Below, piece after piece: positions 30,728 through 40,442 of a DNA stretch of 64,000 nucleotides. The number at the start of each line of letters is the position of its first letter. Within the stretch, counting starts at the first letter, position 1. The DNA is from Spirochaetia bacterium. GTDB taxonomy: Bacteria; Spirochaetota; Spirochaetia; SZUA-6; Bin103. The notes beneath the pieces were generated by a model, which did not search any database, had not been told where the DNA came from, and saw only the letters and a list, made by a program, of their open reading frames with translations. Location of the stretch: the NCBI GenBank assembly GCA_965203905.1, contig CBDBDQ010000005.1:6272001-6336000 (forward strand), given 5' to 3'. Made by a program: the position numbers and the translations under genes.

Positions 30728-31122
30728 TCCTGCTCGACACCCACGTGATGCTCTGGCTGAGGCTGGGTGAACCGGAGCTTGGCACCCGAGCACGCGGCGA
30801 GATCGACCGCGCGTGGCAGTCAGGCGAGGTGGCCGTGTCGGCAATCTCGTTCTGGGAGGTCGCCATGCTGAAAGCCAAGGGCCGAATAAAATTCGCCGGG
30901 GATATCGCGCCGTGGCGCAGGGAGCAGTTGGCCCAGGGCATGGTCGAGATCGCCGTCGATGGCGAAGTCGGCATCCAGGCCGTCGCTCTGGCGGACTTCC
31001 ATGCCGATCCGGCGGACCGCCTCATCGTGGCTACGGCGCTGCGCGGACACGTTCTCGCAACCGCCGACAAGAAGATTCTCGACTGGACGGGCGACGTCAA
31101 TGTGCTCGATGCACGACGTTAG
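30724..31122 (+). CDS. vapC: VapC/PIN toxin
   Basis: ILLDTHV, SAISFWE, HADPADRLIVATA, TAD; GTGA overlap with the antitoxin. Confidence 0.9.
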   Translation: MILLDTHVMLWLRLGEPELGTRARGEIDRAWQSGEVAVSAISFWEVAMLKAKGRIKFAGDIAPWRREQLAQGMVEIAVDGEVGIQAVALADFHADPADRLIVATALRGHVLATADKKILDWTGDVNVLDARR

Positions 31123-31231
31123 GAGCTGTCGGTCACCGCGGCCCGCAACGGCATAGGCAAACGGGCGCCGATCACGTAAGCTGTAGCGAGCGTTGCCCTG
31201 GTACCGGCAGCGGCACAAGGAGAGCGACACA

Positions 31232-31873
31232 GTGATTCGGACCGACCTGGGCCGGCGCATCGAGCTGGTCGCGATGGATCCGCACTTCCACGACATCACG
31301 GTAGCGCTGCACCGCGCGGCGGGCGCGGACGGTGGCCCGGCGTACGACATCAACAGCTACAGCACCAGGGATGGTGCCCGCGAACGGCTGGCGGGGATTG
31401 CCGCGGCGATGCAGGAGGTGGCCGGCATGGAGGCCTCCCCCGAGTCGCCGTTGCGGGTTCGCTTCGCCTGCGGCGAGGCGCACGAGCAGGCCACGCGGCG
31501 CGCCTTCATCGAGGCCTGCAAGCTGGACCCGGGCCAGCCGCTGGAACCGCGTCCGATGGAGTTGTACGACAAGAAGACCGACGCCACCATCCGGGTCATC
31601 GCCGAGGGTGGCGGCCGGTACCGCGCAACCGCGGATGCGGACGGGGCCAAGGTGGTGCGGCGGGTCGCCACGGTGGCCGGCGGCCTGGTGAAGCTGGCCG
31701 GCATGGAGCCGGTACCGGCCTCCATCGACCAGGTACGCTTTGCCTGCGGCTACGACCACCATCAGCTGGTGGCGATGCTGCTGAAACTGGCGCTGAACGC
31801 GCGCGGCGTGCTGCGCGAGCAGGAACTGGCGGCGGCGCGCGGCGTGCTGGCCGCCCCCAGCCAGCAACGCTGA
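31232..31873 (+). CDS. Hypothetical protein with an internal tandem domain duplication
   Basis: AAGGAG RBS; two copies of AGME-x7/8-VRFACG-x2-H. Confidence 0.75.
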   Translation: MIRTDLGRRIELVAMDPHFHDITVALHRAAGADGGPAYDINSYSTRDGARERLAGIAAAMQEVAGMEASPESPLRVRFACGEAHEQATRRAFIEACKLDPGQPLEPRPMELYDKKTDATIRVIAEGGGRYRATADADGAKVVRRVATVAGGLVKLAGMEPVPASIDQVRFACGYDHHQLVAMLLKLALNARGVLREQELAAARGVLAAPSQQR

Positions 31874-31900
31874 GCCGGCGAGGAGCGAAGAGAGGTTGCC

Positions 31901-32962
31901 ATGAAACAGATGAACGGACGCCAGCGCACGCTGGCCGCTCTGGCCGGGGAGCCGGTCGACCGTACCCCGATCTGCAACCCCACCTCCGTGGCCACCGTGG
32001 AACTGATGGACCTGGTGGACGCCCCGTTTCCGGAGGCCAATCGTGACGCCGAGCTGATGGCGCGGCTGGCCGCCACCGGCTACACCGAGCTTGGGTTCGA
32101 CACCATCATGCCGGTGTTCACCATCATCCAGGACTCCTCCGCCCTGGGCTGCAAGATCCAGTGGGAGCAGAAGGACAACTGGCCCACGGTGAAGATGCGC
32201 GAGCCGATCTGGCAGGACGCGGACGAGATCCGCATTCCGCCCGACTTCCTCACCCACCCCGACACCGCCTGCGTGATGGAGGCGATCACGCTCCTGAAGC
32301 GCGACTACGGCGACGAGGTGGCGGTCATCGGCAAGACCATGGGGCCGTGGTCGCTCGCCTACCACTGCTTCGGCGTGGAGATGTTCCTGCTCCTGTCGCT
32401 GGACGATCCCGGCAAGACCAAGCTGATTCTGGACCGCCTCAAGAAAGCCACGATCGACTTCGGGCTGGCCCAGATCGAAGCCGGGGCCGACGCCCTTACC
32501 CTGCCCGATCATGCCACCGGCGACCTGGTGAGCGGCGAGTGGTACAGCCGCTACCTGCGCGACCTGCACCAGGAGTTCGCCGTCGAGTTGCCGGTGCCCC
32601 TGATCATGCACATCTGCGGCAAGACGCTGGATCGGATGTCCGCGATCGCCGAGACCGGCTTCGCCGCCTTCCACTACGACTCCAAGAACGATCCGGCGGA
32701 GGCGATGGAGATCGTGCGCGACCGGATCGCCCTGGTCGGCAACATCAACAACCCGGAGACCCTGTTCGCGCGCGGCCCGGAAGAGGTGCGCGCCGAGGTA
32801 TTCGAGAACCTGGATGCCGGCGTGCCGCTGATCGGGCCCGAGTGCGCCATTCCACTGCAGACCCCGCTCGACAACCTGCGCGCGATTCCCGCCGCGGTGC
32901 GCGCGTGGCACGACGAACACACCAATGGCAACGGCAACGGCCGTGGCCCACAGGACGGATAA
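31901..32962 (+). CDS. MtaA/CmuA-family (URO-D fold) corrinoid methyltransferase
   Basis: GPWSLA, QIEAGAD, Zn motif MHICG and GPEC, GNINNP. Confidence 0.85.
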   Translation: MKQMNGRQRTLAALAGEPVDRTPICNPTSVATVELMDLVDAPFPEANRDAELMARLAATGYTELGFDTIMPVFTIIQDSSALGCKIQWEQKDNWPTVKMREPIWQDADEIRIPPDFLTHPDTACVMEAITLLKRDYGDEVAVIGKTMGPWSLAYHCFGVEMFLLLSLDDPGKTKLILDRLKKATIDFGLAQIEAGADALTLPDHATGDLVSGEWYSRYLRDLHQEFAVELPVPLIMHICGKTLDRMSAIAETGFAAFHYDSKNDPAEAMEIVRDRIALVGNINNPETLFARGPEEVRAEVFENLDAGVPLIGPECAIPLQTPLDNLRAIPAAVRAWHDEHTNGNGNGRGPQDG

Positions 32963-32969
32963 CCGATCG

Positions 32970-33725
32970 ATGGCAGAGCTGAGCGACGTAGGCAACGACT
33001 TCATCCGCGAAGAGATCGAGCAGTTCGTGGAACGCCCCGACGAGCGGCAGCGGATGATCGACATCTTCGCGGCGGTACGGCCGGAGCTGCAGGAAATATC
33101 CGCCGGCCTGATCGAGGGCGACGACGACGTGGTGGACACGATGACGCGGCAGCTTCTGGAGCGTGGCGTCGAAGCCACCGAGATCATGGACGACGGCCTG
33201 ATCGCCGGCATGGGCATCGTTGGCATCAAGTTTCGGGAGAACATCATCTTCGTGCCCGAGGTGCTGTCCTGCGCGCGGGCGATGAAGGCAGGCATGGCGC
33301 ACATCGAGCCGATCCTGTCGGCGTCCGGCATCGAGTCGATCGCCAAGGTGATCATGGGCACGGTGAAGGGCGACCTGCACGACATCGGCAAGAACCTGTG
33401 CATCATGATGCTGCGCGGCGCCGGCTTCGAGGTGATCGACCTGGGAGTGGATACCGCGCCCGACGAGTTTCTCGATGCGGTCGAGGAGAATGATGCCGAG
33501 TTGATGGGGATGTCCGCGCTGCTCACCACCACCATGCCCAACATGGGGCGGACCATCGAGGCGTTCATCGACGCCGGCATGCGCGACGACGTGCAGATCA
33601 TGGTGGGCGGGGCGCCCGTGACCCAGGAGTTCGCCGACGACATGGGCGCCGACGGCTACGGCAAGGACGCGGTCGCGTGCGTGGAGCTTGCCAAGCGCCT
33701 GCTGGCGGAGAGTCAGGATGACTGA
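32970..33725 (+). CDS. Corrinoid (B12-binding) protein
   Basis: GTVKGDLHDIGKNL, MSALLTTT, MVGGAPVT. Confidence 0.9.
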   Translation: MAELSDVGNDFIREEIEQFVERPDERQRMIDIFAAVRPELQEISAGLIEGDDDVVDTMTRQLLERGVEATEIMDDGLIAGMGIVGIKFRENIIFVPEVLSCARAMKAGMAHIEPILSASGIESIAKVIMGTVKGDLHDIGKNLCIMMLRGAGFEVIDLGVDTAPDEFLDAVEENDAELMGMSALLTTTMPNMGRTIEAFIDAGMRDDVQIMVGGAPVTQEFADDMGADGYGKDAVACVELAKRLLAESQDD

Positions 33726-33737
33726 GGCGGGAGCGTT

Positions 33738-34028
33738 GTGAGTGAGCACTCACCCGGTGACGCGCGCGTGGACGCCGCGGCCTGGGAGCGCCGCCGCGAA
33801 CGGCTCAGCACCATCCTCTCCGCCATGGCCGACCACGCCATGGTGCAGGCCACCTTCCGCTGCCCCTACAAGAACCGCCACGATGAATGCACCGCCAAGT
33901 TCGGCTGCCGCAACCAGCGCCGTCCGCGTCCCGGGGGCAGCCTGTTGATGTGTGGCGGCGACGACAAGCTCGACTACCGCAGCGCATGGGAGAGCGCGGA
34001 CGCGGACTCTCCCGTAGACCCGGCCTAG
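33738..34028 (+). CDS. Small Cys-rich hypothetical protein
   Basis: CPYKN-x4-CTAKFGCRNQ-x10-C; lies within the operon. Confidence 0.7.
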   Translation: MSEHSPGDARVDAAAWERRRERLSTILSAMADHAMVQATFRCPYKNRHDECTAKFGCRNQRRPRPGGSLLMCGGDDKLDYRSAWESADADSPVDPA

Positions 34029-34042
34029 ACCTTCCGCTGTCC

Positions 34043-35695
34043 ATGGGCACCATTTCCCACGACGGCGAGGTACGCGCGCTGGCGCGCGGCAAGACCGTGT
34101 TCGACTACGCCGACGAGCTGGCCGTGCGGGTGGCGACCTCCTGCGGGCGCGCCGGCACCTGCCACGAGTGCGTGGTGCAGGTCGAGGGCGGCATGGAGGC
34201 GCTGTGCGGGCGCACCGACGCCGAACGGTTTCTGAAGGATCCGTTCCGCCTGGCGTGTCAGGCCACGGTGGAGGATCCATCCATCGACGTACACTTCGCC
34301 CCGCTGCGGCGCCAACCGCGAGTGCTCACTTCGGGAATCTCCGCGCCGTCTCGGGCCGATGGACCGGCGGCGCTGGATCCCGCGGTGACGCGCCGCGGAG
34401 ACGGTGTCTACCTGGACGGCGAACGCATCGACCGCTACCACGGGCGCATCCTCGGCCTGGCCGTGGATGTCGGCACCACCACCGTGGCGATGGAGCTGGT
34501 CGACCTGGAGAGCGGGGCCACGCTGCAGGTCAGCTCGTTCGGCAATCCGCAACTGTTCGCCGGCAGCGACATCATGAACCGGGTCTCCTACGACGACGGC
34601 GAGTTTCGCGGCGAGCTGCAGGCGGCGATCGTCAGCGGCATCAACAGCGCCATCCTCGACCTCGGCAGGGAGCTGGGCACCAAGCGCCGCCAGATCTACG
34701 AGATCGCCATCGCCGGCAACTCCACGATGCGCGACCTGGTGTTCGGCTTCGACGTGCAGACGCTCGGCCAGAAACCCTACAAGTCGCAGATCGAGCACCA
34801 GTACCGGGCCGGTGAGCGGGCCACCACCGCGCTCTCCAGCCTGCCGCGGCCGTTGGGGCTGACCATCCACCCGCAGGCGCGTGTCTACGGCCTGCCGCTG
34901 ATCGCCAGCCACGTCGGGGCCGACACCGCGGCGGACCTGGCGGCGATGGACATGGCCGCCCAGAGCGGCCTGGTGATGCTGGTGGACGTGGGCACCAACA
35001 CCGAGGTGGTGGCGCGCCGCGACGGGCGCATGATCGCCGCCTCCTGCCCCGCCGGGCCGGCGTTCGAGGGTGGCCTGGTGGGCTACGGCATGCCCGCCTA
35101 CGAGGGCGCCATCGAGCGCCTGCGCTGGTGCGACGGGGGGTTTCGCTATCACACCATCGGCGACGCTCCGCCGGAGGGCATCTGCGGGTCGGGCCTGATC
35201 GACCTGCTCGCCGAGTTGCGCCGTCACGGCAAGATGACCGCCAAGGGCGTGTTCACCCACGACCGCCGCGCCAAGGAGATCGCCGTGGTGCCGGAGCACG
35301 GCATCACCTTCTCGCGCCTGGACGCCAGCAACCTGGCGCAGGCCAAGGCCGCCAACTACTGCGGCCAGCTCATCGTCACCCGCGCCCTGGGCGTGGCGCC
35401 GCACGAGGTGGACCGCCTCTACCTGGCGGGGGGCTTCGCCAACTACGTCGACTCCCAAAGCGCCATCGACATCGGCTTCCTGGCCCCGGTGGCAGAGGAA
35501 CGCATCGTCAAGCTCGGCAACGCGGCGCTGCGCGGCACCCGCGAGGTGCTGCTGTCGGTGCGCAAACGGCGCGCCCTGGAGGCCATGGTCGCCGCGATCG
35601 AGCACGTCGAGCTGGAGACCGCCCCCGACTTCTTCGAAGTATTCGTCGACGGCTGCCGCCTGGAGCCGATGGGCGCCGCCGCTCGTTCCGCCTGA
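34043..35695 (+). CDS. RamA/RACE-like corrinoid activation ATPase (ASKHA, 2Fe-2S)
   Basis: CGRAGTCHEC...RLACQ; DVGTTT; DVGTNTE; GPAFEG; GICGSG; LAGGFA. Confidence 0.85.
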   Translation: MGTISHDGEVRALARGKTVFDYADELAVRVATSCGRAGTCHECVVQVEGGMEALCGRTDAERFLKDPFRLACQATVEDPSIDVHFAPLRRQPRVLTSGISAPSRADGPAALDPAVTRRGDGVYLDGERIDRYHGRILGLAVDVGTTTVAMELVDLESGATLQVSSFGNPQLFAGSDIMNRVSYDDGEFRGELQAAIVSGINSAILDLGRELGTKRRQIYEIAIAGNSTMRDLVFGFDVQTLGQKPYKSQIEHQYRAGERATTALSSLPRPLGLTIHPQARVYGLPLIASHVGADTAADLAAMDMAAQSGLVMLVDVGTNTEVVARRDGRMIAASCPAGPAFEGGLVGYGMPAYEGAIERLRWCDGGFRYHTIGDAPPEGICGSGLIDLLAELRRHGKMTAKGVFTHDRRAKEIAVVPEHGITFSRLDASNLAQAKAANYCGQLIVTRALGVAPHEVDRLYLAGGFANYVDSQSAIDIGFLAPVAEERIVKLGNAALRGTREVLLSVRKRRALEAMVAAIEHVELETAPDFFEVFVDGCRLEPMGAAARSA

Positions 35696-35758
35696 TCTGT
35701 CGCACCGGCGGCACCGGCGCGGCGGATGAAGCGGCGCCGACCGTGCGTCGTTGACGCC

Positions 35759-36817
35759 CTACCGAAAGCTGAGAGGAGCGGCGCCTACTGAGGCGGCGGT
35801 GTCCTGCAGCGCCTGCCACACCTCGGCCGGCAGGGGGATGCCGTCGCGGGTGCGGGCCAAGCGCGTGCGCCTCTCCGGGTCACCCGGTGCCAGCACCTCG
35901 GCCACCCCCGGCGCCGGCCGCACCGCCCGCAGCGCCTCACCCAGCTCCCCCACCCCCGCCTGGTAGTCGGCCGCCGGCCGGAACAGGTCGGGCCGCAGCA
36001 ACAGCATGCACACCCCCTGGTGACCGTACACCGGGCCGCCGCGGCCCGCCTCGGCGTAGTCGTCGCCCCCCATCACCAGGCGCGTCAGCACCTCGATGAG
36101 CGTCATCAGGGCGTAGCCCTTGTGGCCGCCGAACGGCAGCAGCGCGCCCCCGGCGGCCACCTCCTCGGCGTCAGTGGTGGGGCGGCCCTCGGCATCGACG
36201 GCGAATCCCTCCGGCAGCGGCTCGCCGCGCTCGCGGGCCATCATCACCCGCGCGTTGGCGCCGGCGGTGGTCGCAAAGTCGGCCATGATGCGGCCGTCAG
36301 GTGCCGGCGCGGCGTAGGCCAGTGGATTGGTGTTGAAGATCGGATCGCGGCCGCCGAAGGGGACGGTGATCGGGCTGCCGACGCCATACCCGCCGCCGCA
36401 CACCAGGGCGATGGCGCCCTGCGCCGCGGCCAGCTCGGGGTAGTGCCCTACCCGGCCCAGGTGGTGACACTGCACCACACCCGCCAGCACCACCGCCTGC
36501 TGCTCCAGCCGTTTCAGCCCCTCGGTCACGGCGAACTCGGCAGCCACCTGGCCGAAGGTCCAGCCCCCGGCCACCAGCAGCCCGCCGGGATGCTCACGCA
36601 CCACCCGTGGCTCCGCATCCGGCAGCAGCCAACCGCGGCGGATGTCCTCCACGTAGCCGGCCACCTGGCGCGCGCCGTGGGTGTCCACCCCACACAGGCT
36701 GGCGCCCGCGATGTGGGCCGCGGCGATACGTGCGTTGGCCTCGCTCGCCCCGGCGCCGACGAGGATGCGCGCGATGAAGTCGCGCAACTCGGCAAAGCTC
36801 ACTACCCGGTCAGCCAT
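35759..36817 (-). CDS. Ldh_2 family oxidoreductase
   Basis: GVDTHG, HLGRVGHY, FNTNP, PFGGHKGYAL. Confidence 0.85.
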   Translation of the reverse strand: MADRVVSFAELRDFIARILVGAGASEANARIAAAHIAGASLCGVDTHGARQVAGYVEDIRRGWLLPDAEPRVVREHPGGLLVAGGWTFGQVAAEFAVTEGLKRLEQQAVVLAGVVQCHHLGRVGHYPELAAAQGAIALVCGGGYGVGSPITVPFGGRDPIFNTNPLAYAAPAPDGRIMADFATTAGANARVMMARERGEPLPEGFAVDAEGRPTTDAEEVAAGGALLPFGGHKGYALMTLIEVLTRLVMGGDDYAEAGRGGPVYGHQGVCMLLLRPDLFRPAADYQAGVGELGEALRAVRPAPGVAEVLAPGDPERRTRLARTRDGIPLPAEVWQALQDTAASVGAAPLSFR

Positions 36818-36927
36818 GGTGCCTCGCACGATCCCCGTAGGTGGCCACGTTCGTCAACTACTGCACGGGCGGCGCGGCGATCGCGGATCTCTTTTTTCAT
36901 CGCCGCCAGGATGGTTCAATGGAGGCG

Positions 36928-37704
36928 ATGAAACTGCACAACAAGGTTGCGCTGGTGACCGGCGCGGGGCGCGGGATCGGACGCGCCGTCGCGTTGGCGT
37001 TCGCCCGCGAGGGCGCCGACGTGGTGGTGACTGCGCGTACCACCGCCGAGATCGAACGGGTGGCCGCGGAAGTCTCCGCCCTGGGCCGGTCGGCGGTAGC
37101 GCTGGCCGTCGATCTGAGCGATCGGGCGGCGACGACCGGGCTGCCGGAGCGGGTGTCCCGCCACTTTCCGGCGCTGGACATCCTGGTGAACAACGCGGGG
37201 ATCGGCAGCAATGCGAGCCCGCACCGCATCGTGGACTACGACGACGACTTCTGGGACCTGAGCATCGCGCTCAACCTCTCGGCGCCCTACCTGCTGACCA
37301 AGGCCCTGGTGCCGGGAATGATCGAGCGCGGCTGGGGGCGGGTGATCAACATGGCCTCGGTGGTGGGAAAGCGCGGCCTGGTGGCCGCCGGCGCCTACAC
37401 GGCGACCAAGCATGGCCTGATCGGCCTTACCCGCACCGCGGCCCTGGAAACGGCCGGCACCGGCGTGACGATCAATGCCATCTGTCCCGGCGCCACGCGC
37501 ACCGTCATGCTGCAACGGCGGCTCAAGGTGGACGCCGAGCTGCGCGGCGAGTCCGTCGCCGATGTCGAGGCCAACATCAACCCGATCGGCCGTCTGCTGG
37601 AGCCCGAGGAGATCGCCGAGCTGGCGGTGTATCTCGCCTCCGACGACGCCCGCGGCATGACCGGCCAGGCCCTCAACCTATCCGGCGGCTCGACCATGCA
37701 CTGA
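36928..37704 (+). CDS. Short-chain dehydrogenase/reductase
   Basis: TGAGRGIG, NNAG, YTATK. Confidence 0.9.
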   Translation: MKLHNKVALVTGAGRGIGRAVALAFAREGADVVVTARTTAEIERVAAEVSALGRSAVALAVDLSDRAATTGLPERVSRHFPALDILVNNAGIGSNASPHRIVDYDDDFWDLSIALNLSAPYLLTKALVPGMIERGWGRVINMASVVGKRGLVAAGAYTATKHGLIGLTRTAALETAGTGVTINAICPGATRTVMLQRRLKVDAELRGESVADVEANINPIGRLLEPEEIAELAVYLASDDARGMTGQALNLSGGSTMH

Positions 37705-37813
37705 CAGGACACGACCGCCTTGCCAGATGCCGGCGGGCACCGCATCATCCGCGCATACGCGGTCGCGGTCCGCATGGCGGCGGGTTCCGTGCCCACACCC
37801 CGGAGGTGAAGCG

Positions 37814-39076
37814 ATGCGGGTGCTGTCCAGAGTCGTCGACAGCCTGATCAAGCCGGTGGCCATGCGCGCGCTGTTGGCGTGGGAGCGGCGCGAGTCGGGC
37901 GTCGCCTACGATCCCACCTCAGCGGAAGTCAGGAGCGACCCGTACGCGACCTACCGCCGGCTGCGGAGCACCGATCCGGTCCACCGCATGCGGCTGGTCA
38001 ACGCCTGGGCCCTGACCCGGTACCGCGACGTGGAGGCGGTGTTGCGCGATCACCGCCGCTTCGGCAACGCCGACCGGATCTTCGTCGAGACCGTACCGCT
38101 GAGCCTGCTCGACATCGACCCTCCCGCACACACCCGCCTGCGGCTGCTTGTCTCCAAGGCGTTCACGCCGCGGGCGGTCGCACGGCTCGACGCACGAGTG
38201 CAGGAGATCACGGCGGCTCTGCTGGACCGGGTGTCCGGGCAGGAGCGATTCGACCTGGTCGCCGCGCTCGGGTATCCGCTGCCGGTCACCGTGATCGCCG
38301 AAATGCTCGGCGTTCGGGCCGGCGATCAGGATCGGTTCGAGGAATGGTCGAACGCCCTGGCGCTCAGCGTCGATCCGATCCTCGGGGCCGATCAGGTGGA
38401 CGCCGTCAAGCAGGCCACCGACGAGGCGTACGCCTATTTCGAGACCATCATCGAGGAACGGCGGCGGGCGCCGCGGGAGGACCTGGTAAGCGCGCTGCTG
38501 GCCGCCGAGGAGGAAGGGGATCGGCTCAGCCACGAGGAGATGCTCGCAGTCATGCTGCTGATCCTGGTGGCCGGCAACGAGACCACGCGCAACCTGATCG
38601 GCAACGGCATGCTCGCGCTGCTGCGCAACCCGAGCCAGCTCCAGCGCCTCCGAGACCATCCGGATCTGCTGGACGCGGCCGTGGACGAGATGCTGCGTTA
38701 CGACAGTCCGGTGCAACTCAACGGCCGCTTCGTGCGGGAAGACGTCGAAATCGGTGGCAAGCGTTTCCGCGCCGGACAGCGGGTGATCACGATGATCGGC
38801 GCCGCCAACCGCGACCCCGAGGTATTCGATGATCCCGAGACCATGGACATCTGCCGGCCCGAGAAGAGCCATCTGTCGTTCGGGCGCGGCATCCACTACT
38901 GCCTCGGCGCAGCGCTCGCCGTGCTGGAGGCGCGGACCGCCTTTGCCGCCCTGCTCGACCGCTTCAGCGCCATCCGGCTGGCGGAAGAACCGCGGCATCG
39001 GGAAGGTATGGTCCTGCGCGGCGTCGAACGCCTCTGGATCGAGGTGGAACGTAACCCGACCCGTTCCTCACGGTAG
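37814..39076 (+). CDS. Cytochrome P450
   Basis: DPPAHTRLR, AGNETT, EMLR, FGRGIHYCLG. Confidence 0.95.
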   Translation: MRVLSRVVDSLIKPVAMRALLAWERRESGVAYDPTSAEVRSDPYATYRRLRSTDPVHRMRLVNAWALTRYRDVEAVLRDHRRFGNADRIFVETVPLSLLDIDPPAHTRLRLLVSKAFTPRAVARLDARVQEITAALLDRVSGQERFDLVAALGYPLPVTVIAEMLGVRAGDQDRFEEWSNALALSVDPILGADQVDAVKQATDEAYAYFETIIEERRRAPREDLVSALLAAEEEGDRLSHEEMLAVMLLILVAGNETTRNLIGNGMLALLRNPSQLQRLRDHPDLLDAAVDEMLRYDSPVQLNGRFVREDVEIGGKRFRAGQRVITMIGAANRDPEVFDDPETMDICRPEKSHLSFGRGIHYCLGAALAVLEARTAFAALLDRFSAIRLAEEPRHREGMVLRGVERLWIEVERNPTRSSR

Positions 39077-39184
39077 AAGGCGCCAATCTTCTTCGCCGTA
39101 GACCAGCCAGGCCGGTGGGGCTAGCGGATGCTGGGATACCCGATGCCGTTGCTCGCGTGGTTCGAGCGCAGATCACGGGCCAGT

Positions 39185-39420
39185 TTATTGCGCGGCCACC
39201 CAACTGGTGCCCGGCCCGGAAACGCGCGGTCCCGGCGGCACCAGATGGACGGCCCCGATCGCGTCGCGCACCCGCGGTTCGGCCTTGGCTTCCGCGGCCG
39301 CGATCAACTCCCCAGTCGGCGGGATCGGCGATGTCCTCGAACAGGGGGAACCGGGGGGGTAGAGCGCTCGGATCAGGCGACCGTCCTCGGCCAAAGCACG
39401 TGGCTCACAGGCGGAATCAC
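39185..39420 (-). pseudogene. RES-domain toxin remnant (frameshifted, truncated)
   Basis: GTGA overlap with the antitoxin; fragments VIPPVSHVLWPRTV / YPPVP / LFEDIADPADW / ELIAAAEAK..RVRDAIG..VSGPGTSWV in shifting frames, then stop. Confidence 0.7.
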
Positions 39421-39836
39421 CAAGCGCCGCGTTCCACATCGAGCAAAGCGCGCACGGCCGCCAAGTCCTGTATCGAGCCCGCCAGCAGCCGTTGCAGCGC
39501 CGTCTGCCCGCCAAGTGCCTCATTCGGCTTGCGGAGCCAGCGGTACCCTCGCGACGGATCTCGGAACAGGTATCGCAGGTTCTTGTGAATCCCCATCAGG
39601 ATGGAGAGGCGCTCGCGGGTGTCGCGCGAGATCCGCGACGGCACCAAGTGGCCCGCCTTCCAGCGTGCAAGGGTTCGCGCCGCCGGAGCTCCCAGGAGGA
39701 CCCGCGCCTGCCGATCGCTGAGGTCCCAGCGCTCCGCCAAGTTGAAGAACGCGCGCACCATGGCGGCTGTCTCGGCGTCGCTGATCTCTGCGGCGAGCGG
39801 ACGGACATCGTCATGCACGGCGACGGATGATGCCAC
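39417..39836 (-). CDS. Xre/MbcA/ParS antitoxin
   Basis: AFFNLAERWDL...RERLSILMGIHK...WLRKPN..LGGQTAL. Confidence 0.85.
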   Translation of the reverse strand: MASSVAVHDDVRPLAAEISDAETAAMVRAFFNLAERWDLSDRQARVLLGAPAARTLARWKAGHLVPSRISRDTRERLSILMGIHKNLRYLFRDPSRGYRWLRKPNEALGGQTALQRLLAGSIQDLAAVRALLDVERGAW

Positions 39837-39916
39837 ATGACACAGAATAGTGCTTCATAGCCTGAGGCATGCAATTCATAGGGTTAGATTCCTCGTGAGG
39901 CAATCGTGAGGCAATG

Positions 39917-40141
39917 GGGTGCATTCTTTCTCTGTGGCACCTGCGGCATCTGTGGTACGGGAAATAGAGACCCCTCCCAGAGATTCGATGATGTGGTAAG
40001 CATCTACCCCGGTGATGAGTCGTCGCTTCTGGGACGACTACGAAAGCCTGCTTCCCGCATCGCCCACCCCAGAATCCACCCAGACCCAGCCAGACCCAGC
40101 TCGAGGCGGCCTGACCGCTACCACACTGACGGAATGCACCC
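39917..40141 (+). mobile_element. Internally deleted ISKra4-like mini element (~225 bp)
   Basis: Both IRs present; the 3' part (RFWDDYE...) resembles 47995-48055. Confidence 0.65.
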
Positions 40142-40156
40142 CAGCGGCACCTTGCC

Positions 40157-40234
40157 TCACGTCACCGAGTCTCGCGGTGCGGAGTGCTGCCGGCGCTGGT
40201 GGCGGTAACGGTGGTGAGCCGCGCAGCGCTGGAC
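40157..40234 (-). pseudogene. Detached 3' end of the HNH gene that begins at 47451
   Basis: Translates VQRCAAHHRYRHQRRQHSAPRDSVT*, matching paralog end SLSCAAHHRLRHREYGSSPDGAT*. Confidence 0.85.
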
Positions 40235-40442
40235 TAATGCGAAGCGTCACATTACGCCTTTAGAACTAAACCGCTTCGCGGTAGGGGTGGCGTCGGCCGT
40301 CTCGAGGCGCGGAGCCCTTCCCACGTACAACCCCTATATGGTGTCTGACCTCTACTAACGGGAGATGGGTGGTTGCCCCCGGAGCGTAACGGCGCTCCGG
40401 GGGCTGATGGACCACGCGTCTCTACACCAGGAGGAGTCCATC

